A stretch of DNA of 64,000 nt from Longimicrobiales bacterium (lineage in GTDB: Bacteria; Gemmatimonadota; Gemmatimonadetes; Longimicrobiales; Gaopeijiaceae), in contig OZ242008.1 in assembly GCA_965204735.1 (NCBI GenBank), positions 2,048,001 through 2,112,000 of the forward strand, in the 5' to 3' direction. The notes under the pieces are model-generated. The model saw only the letters and a program-made list of their open reading frames with translations. It did not search any database and was not told where the DNA came from. This document shows positions 61,220 to 64,000 of the stretch, piece by piece. The stretch's first letter is position 1; every line of letters begins with the position of its first letter. Made by a program: the position numbers and the translations under genes.

Positions 61220-63594
61220 CTGGAGTCGGCCCAGACCGTCTTCGCGCAGGGCCGGGCCCAGACCGTCTTCGCGCAGGACGGGAGCAAGGCTCTCTCGCAC
61301 GCGGCGGGGGGCTTCGCTGGATCGCCCTCGCCGGTGTCGGGGCGGCGGCTTGGGCGGGCGCCGTCGCTCCCGTCCGCGGCCTCGAGCAGCGACGGGCGGA
61401 GGCGGAGGAGGTCCGTGGCCTCGAGCAGCGACAGGCGTCGGCGGAGGGGGTTCGCGGCAGGGTGACGGAGGCAGAGACGGGCACTCCGGTTCCCGGCGCC
61501 TTGGTGGCGTGGATCGGGCCCGGAGCCCGCTCGGCCGAAGCGATCGCGGACGACGGCGGCTGGTTCGAGCCGGAAGCGTCGTGGGGACCCGGCGGAAGCG
61601 TCGAGGTTTCAGCGCTGGGATATCGAACCCGGGCGCTGCCCCGGCAAGACGCGGAGGCGCTGGAGTGGCGGATCGTCCTCGTTCGCGACCCTCTTGCGCT
61701 GGACGAGATCGTCGTCACCGCCGACGGCCGCCGTCGGCGCCGCTCCGAAGTCGCCCTGCACGTAGAAAGCGTCGGCGCCGCCGAGATCCGCGCCGCCGGC
61801 GCAGCGTCCGCCGACCGACTCCTGGCACGGTTGCCGGGCTTGCAGGTGACCGGGGGAACTCCGACGGGCTCCAGCATCTCGATCCGGGGCATCGGTGGGC
61901 CGCGGGTGCTGGTGCTGGTGGACGGGCAGCCGGCCGGCGGCGCGTTGATCGAGAACCGGGACTTGAGCCGCGTGTCGATGACCGGAGTCGCTCGGATCGA
62001 GGTGGTGAAGGGTCCACTGTCTTCCGTTTACGGCTCCGACGCCGTGGGAGGCGTGGTGAACGTCGTCACAAGCGCGCCGGCGCCGGGCTTTCGCGTGGAC
62101 GCACGCGCGTCGTCGGGCGGCGCGGGCCGACTCGAGGCGGAAGCGACAGCCAGCGGGGGCGGTCGGCCGACCCCGGGCAGCAGCCTCGCCTACCGAGTGA
62201 GCGGAAGCTGGCGGCAGGAGGACCGGGTGGCGGGCGTCGTCGACCGGGAAAGCGCCTTCGCCCGGGTGTGGGACCTTCGGTCGAGCATCCGGTTCGCCGC
62301 CGAAAGGTGGGTGGTGCGCGGCGACGCGAGCCTCCTCCGCGAGCGACAGCGGTGGCCTGTGGGCGCCGGCTTCTCGGGCTTCAACGACAACACCGGAGTC
62401 GCCGGGTGGATCGAAGCCCGACGCCGGACGGACCGGGGCGAGTGGACGGGGCGAGTCTTCGCTCACGACTACGACCACCTCTACCGCAGCGCTCGGGGCG
62501 ATGCGCCGATCGCCGGGAGCGGCGCTCCCGAGCAGCAGGAACGCCTGGCCAAGGCGACGGCGGCCTACTCGGCGACATGGGGCGACCATCGCTTCGACGC
62601 CGGCGTGGAGGGCGCCCTTCGGGGGATCCGCTCGCCGGAGAAGCTGCTCGAGGACCGGGCGGAGGACCGGCAGGTCGAGCTGTACGTGCAGGACGCCTGG
62701 CGGTTGAGCGGCCCGGAGCGGTCGGCGGCCGGGACCGTCGCGGCCGGGAGGGCGACGGTGCTGACCGCAGGCGCGCGAATCACCCGGAACAGCCGCTGGG
62801 GCTCCACCGCTTCCCCTTCCCTGGGGGCCGTCGCAGCGGTGGGGGACCGGGTCCTGGTGCGGGGCGCGGTGGCTCGCGGCTTCCGCGCGCCGTCGTTCAA
62901 GGAGCTGGCGTGGAACTTCGTGAACCTGGGCGGCGGGTACGTGCTTCGGGGCTTTGCCGACTTGGAGCCCGAGCGGTCGTGGAACCTCTCCGGGGGCGTG
63001 GAGTGGCAGCCGCTTCCAGACGTTCGGGGTGGCGTCGAGTTCTTCGCCAACCGGATCGAGAACCTGATCGAATCGGGGCTCGTGGGACACGCGCCCAGCG
63101 GGCTGGCGATCTATTCGCCGCGCAACGTGGCCGATGCCGTAACCCGAGGCTTCGAGCTCGACTTGCGCGCCGTTGCGGGCGCCGGCGAGTTCGTCGCCGC
63201 CTACGCCTACTTGGACGCGCGCTCCCTTCGACCCGACCTTCCGCTGGACCGGCAGGCCAAGCACTCGGCTCGCGTTCGGGCCGCGTGGACCGCCGGACGC
63301 CTCCAGTTGGACGCGACGGGCCACCTGACCGGCAGCGCCCCGATCGTCGGCGTCGGCCCAGAGAGCGCGTTCGAGCGCGTCGGCACCCAAGGGCGGTTCG
63401 CGGCCCTGGACTTGGCCGCGGCCCTGGAGATCGGCGGCGGGCACTTCGCCCTGATCGCCGGAGTGGACAACGTCTTCAACGCGCAGCCCGACGGCTGGCA
63501 GGGCTTCGTCGAGCGCCGCTTCCGCGTGTCCGGCGAGGTCGGACAATCGTTCGGGCGGACGGCGGCGCGGGCCCGCGAGCCGTCGGGAGGCTGA
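61216..63594 (+). CDS. TonB-dependent receptor (heme/iron)
   Basis: LDEIVVTA, plug motif IEVVKGPLSSVYGSDAVGGVVN, GFRAPSFKEL, GVDNVFN; start codon uncertain. Confidence 0.92.
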   Translation: MTGVGPDRLRAGPGPDRLRAGREQGSLARGGGLRWIALAGVGAAAWAGAVAPVRGLEQRRAEAEEVRGLEQRQASAEGVRGRVTEAETGTPVPGALVAWIGPGARSAEAIADDGGWFEPEASWGPGGSVEVSALGYRTRALPRQDAEALEWRIVLVRDPLALDEIVVTADGRRRRRSEVALHVESVGAAEIRAAGAASADRLLARLPGLQVTGGTPTGSSISIRGIGGPRVLVLVDGQPAGGALIENRDLSRVSMTGVARIEVVKGPLSSVYGSDAVGGVVNVVTSAPAPGFRVDARASSGGAGRLEAEATASGGGRPTPGSSLAYRVSGSWRQEDRVAGVVDRESAFARVWDLRSSIRFAAERWVVRGDASLLRERQRWPVGAGFSGFNDNTGVAGWIEARRRTDRGEWTGRVFAHDYDHLYRSARGDAPIAGSGAPEQQERLAKATAAYSATWGDHRFDAGVEGALRGIRSPEKLLEDRAEDRQVELYVQDAWRLSGPERSAAGTVAAGRATVLTAGARITRNSRWGSTASPSLGAVAAVGDRVLVRGAVARGFRAPSFKELAWNFVNLGGGYVLRGFADLEPERSWNLSGGVEWQPLPDVRGGVEFFANRIENLIESGLVGHAPSGLAIYSPRNVADAVTRGFELDLRAVAGAGEFVAAYAYLDARSLRPDLPLDRQAKHSARVRAAWTAGRLQLDATGHLTGSAPIVGVGPESAFERVGTQGRFAALDLAAALEIGGGHFALIAGVDNVFNAQPDGWQGFVERRFRVSGEVGQSFGRTAARAREPSGG

Positions 63595-63685
63595 TCTCAG
63601 CTGGGCCCCGGCGCGGGTCACTGGCGGCCGAAGAGTTCCTCCACAAGGTCTAGCTTGTCCTGGACTTCGCGGGAGATCATCTCCG

Positions 63686-64000
63686 CTAGGCTAAAGGCTC
63701 GAAGTCCTCCCCACTCATCGGCTCGCAGCCGACCCAGCGGCCGCTTAGTTCGATCAAAAGGCGCTGGCTGGACGGTGCCGGTACGTCGTTGATGCGGACG
63801 ACAGCGGCCCGATACGTATCGCTGACATTCGTAGGCGGGGTGTCCTCGACAAGATCGGACGACACGCGACTCCCCTCGATTAGGTCCGCGACAAGGTACC
63901 GAGGCGTCCACCCAAGCAAGCCGCCATCTCTCGACCGAACTTGCACCGCCTCACCGGTTTCCGGATTGTCGAATTCCACAAACATGTCGAGAGCCTCGCC
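63686..64000 (-). CDS. 3' part of a probable HIRAN-domain-like protein, cut by the window edge
   Basis: DNP...AVQV...LLGWTPRYLV motif resembles a HIRAN domain. Confidence 0.5.
   Translation of the reverse strand, partial: GEALDMFVEFDNPETGEAVQVRSRDGGLLGWTPRYLVADLIEGSRVSSDLVEDTPPTNVSDTYRAAVVRINDVPAPSSQRLLIELSGRWVGCEPMSGEDFEPLA

Noticed and set aside
61228..61440. Short direct repeats in the 5' part of the TonB receptor gene
   Set aside because: In-frame local duplications (GPDRLRAG x2, VRGLEQR x2) in a variable N-terminus; no sign of a distinct element
63618..63680. Short minus-strand ORF MISREVQDKLDLVEELFGRQ as a nucleotidyltransferase N-terminal remnant
   Set aside because: Only 20 codons; resemblance too weak to support

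Overview
GC-rich bacterial chromosomal segment. The gene content (DUF1592/DUF1552/ankyrin triad, DUF5916, Rpn, DinB) suggests Gemmatimonadota or Acidobacteriota; this is inference only. The centre (~17.7-56.5 kb) is a defence island with three class 1 CRISPR-Cas effector operons. (1) A complete type I-E system: cas3, cas8e, cas11, cas7, cas5, cas6e, cas1, cas2 and a 58-repeat array broken by an IS21-like remnant. (2) A type I-G module in the cas3-csx17-csb1-csb2 order with no array and only a cas4 scar. (3) A type I-G module in the csb1-csb2-cas3-csb3 order with cas4-cas1, cas2 and a 39-repeat array ended by an IS3 element. An HTH-ImmA/IrrE + DUF4411 PIN pair lies between the two I-G modules. 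The best hidden signal is a cryptic one-spacer mini-CRISPR between cas3 and cas8e. Its 32-nt spacer matches 21 of the first 23 nt of an AAG-flanked site overlapping a predicted promoter about 270 bp upstream, which suggests RNA-guided autorepression (CreR/CreA-like), possibly controlling an 82-codon ORF. Other signals: an orphan 37-bp repeat/37-bp spacer unit, duplication scars (dinB 3' end, cas4) that record how the island was built, and a promoter motif shared by the two I-G operons. Flanks carry GmrSD, Rpn and Phd-VapC genes, pheA, a FAD oxidoreductase and a Fur-box heme-uptake operon (CbiX-like, HmuY, TonB receptor). All calls come from reading motifs by eye; no database searches were run.
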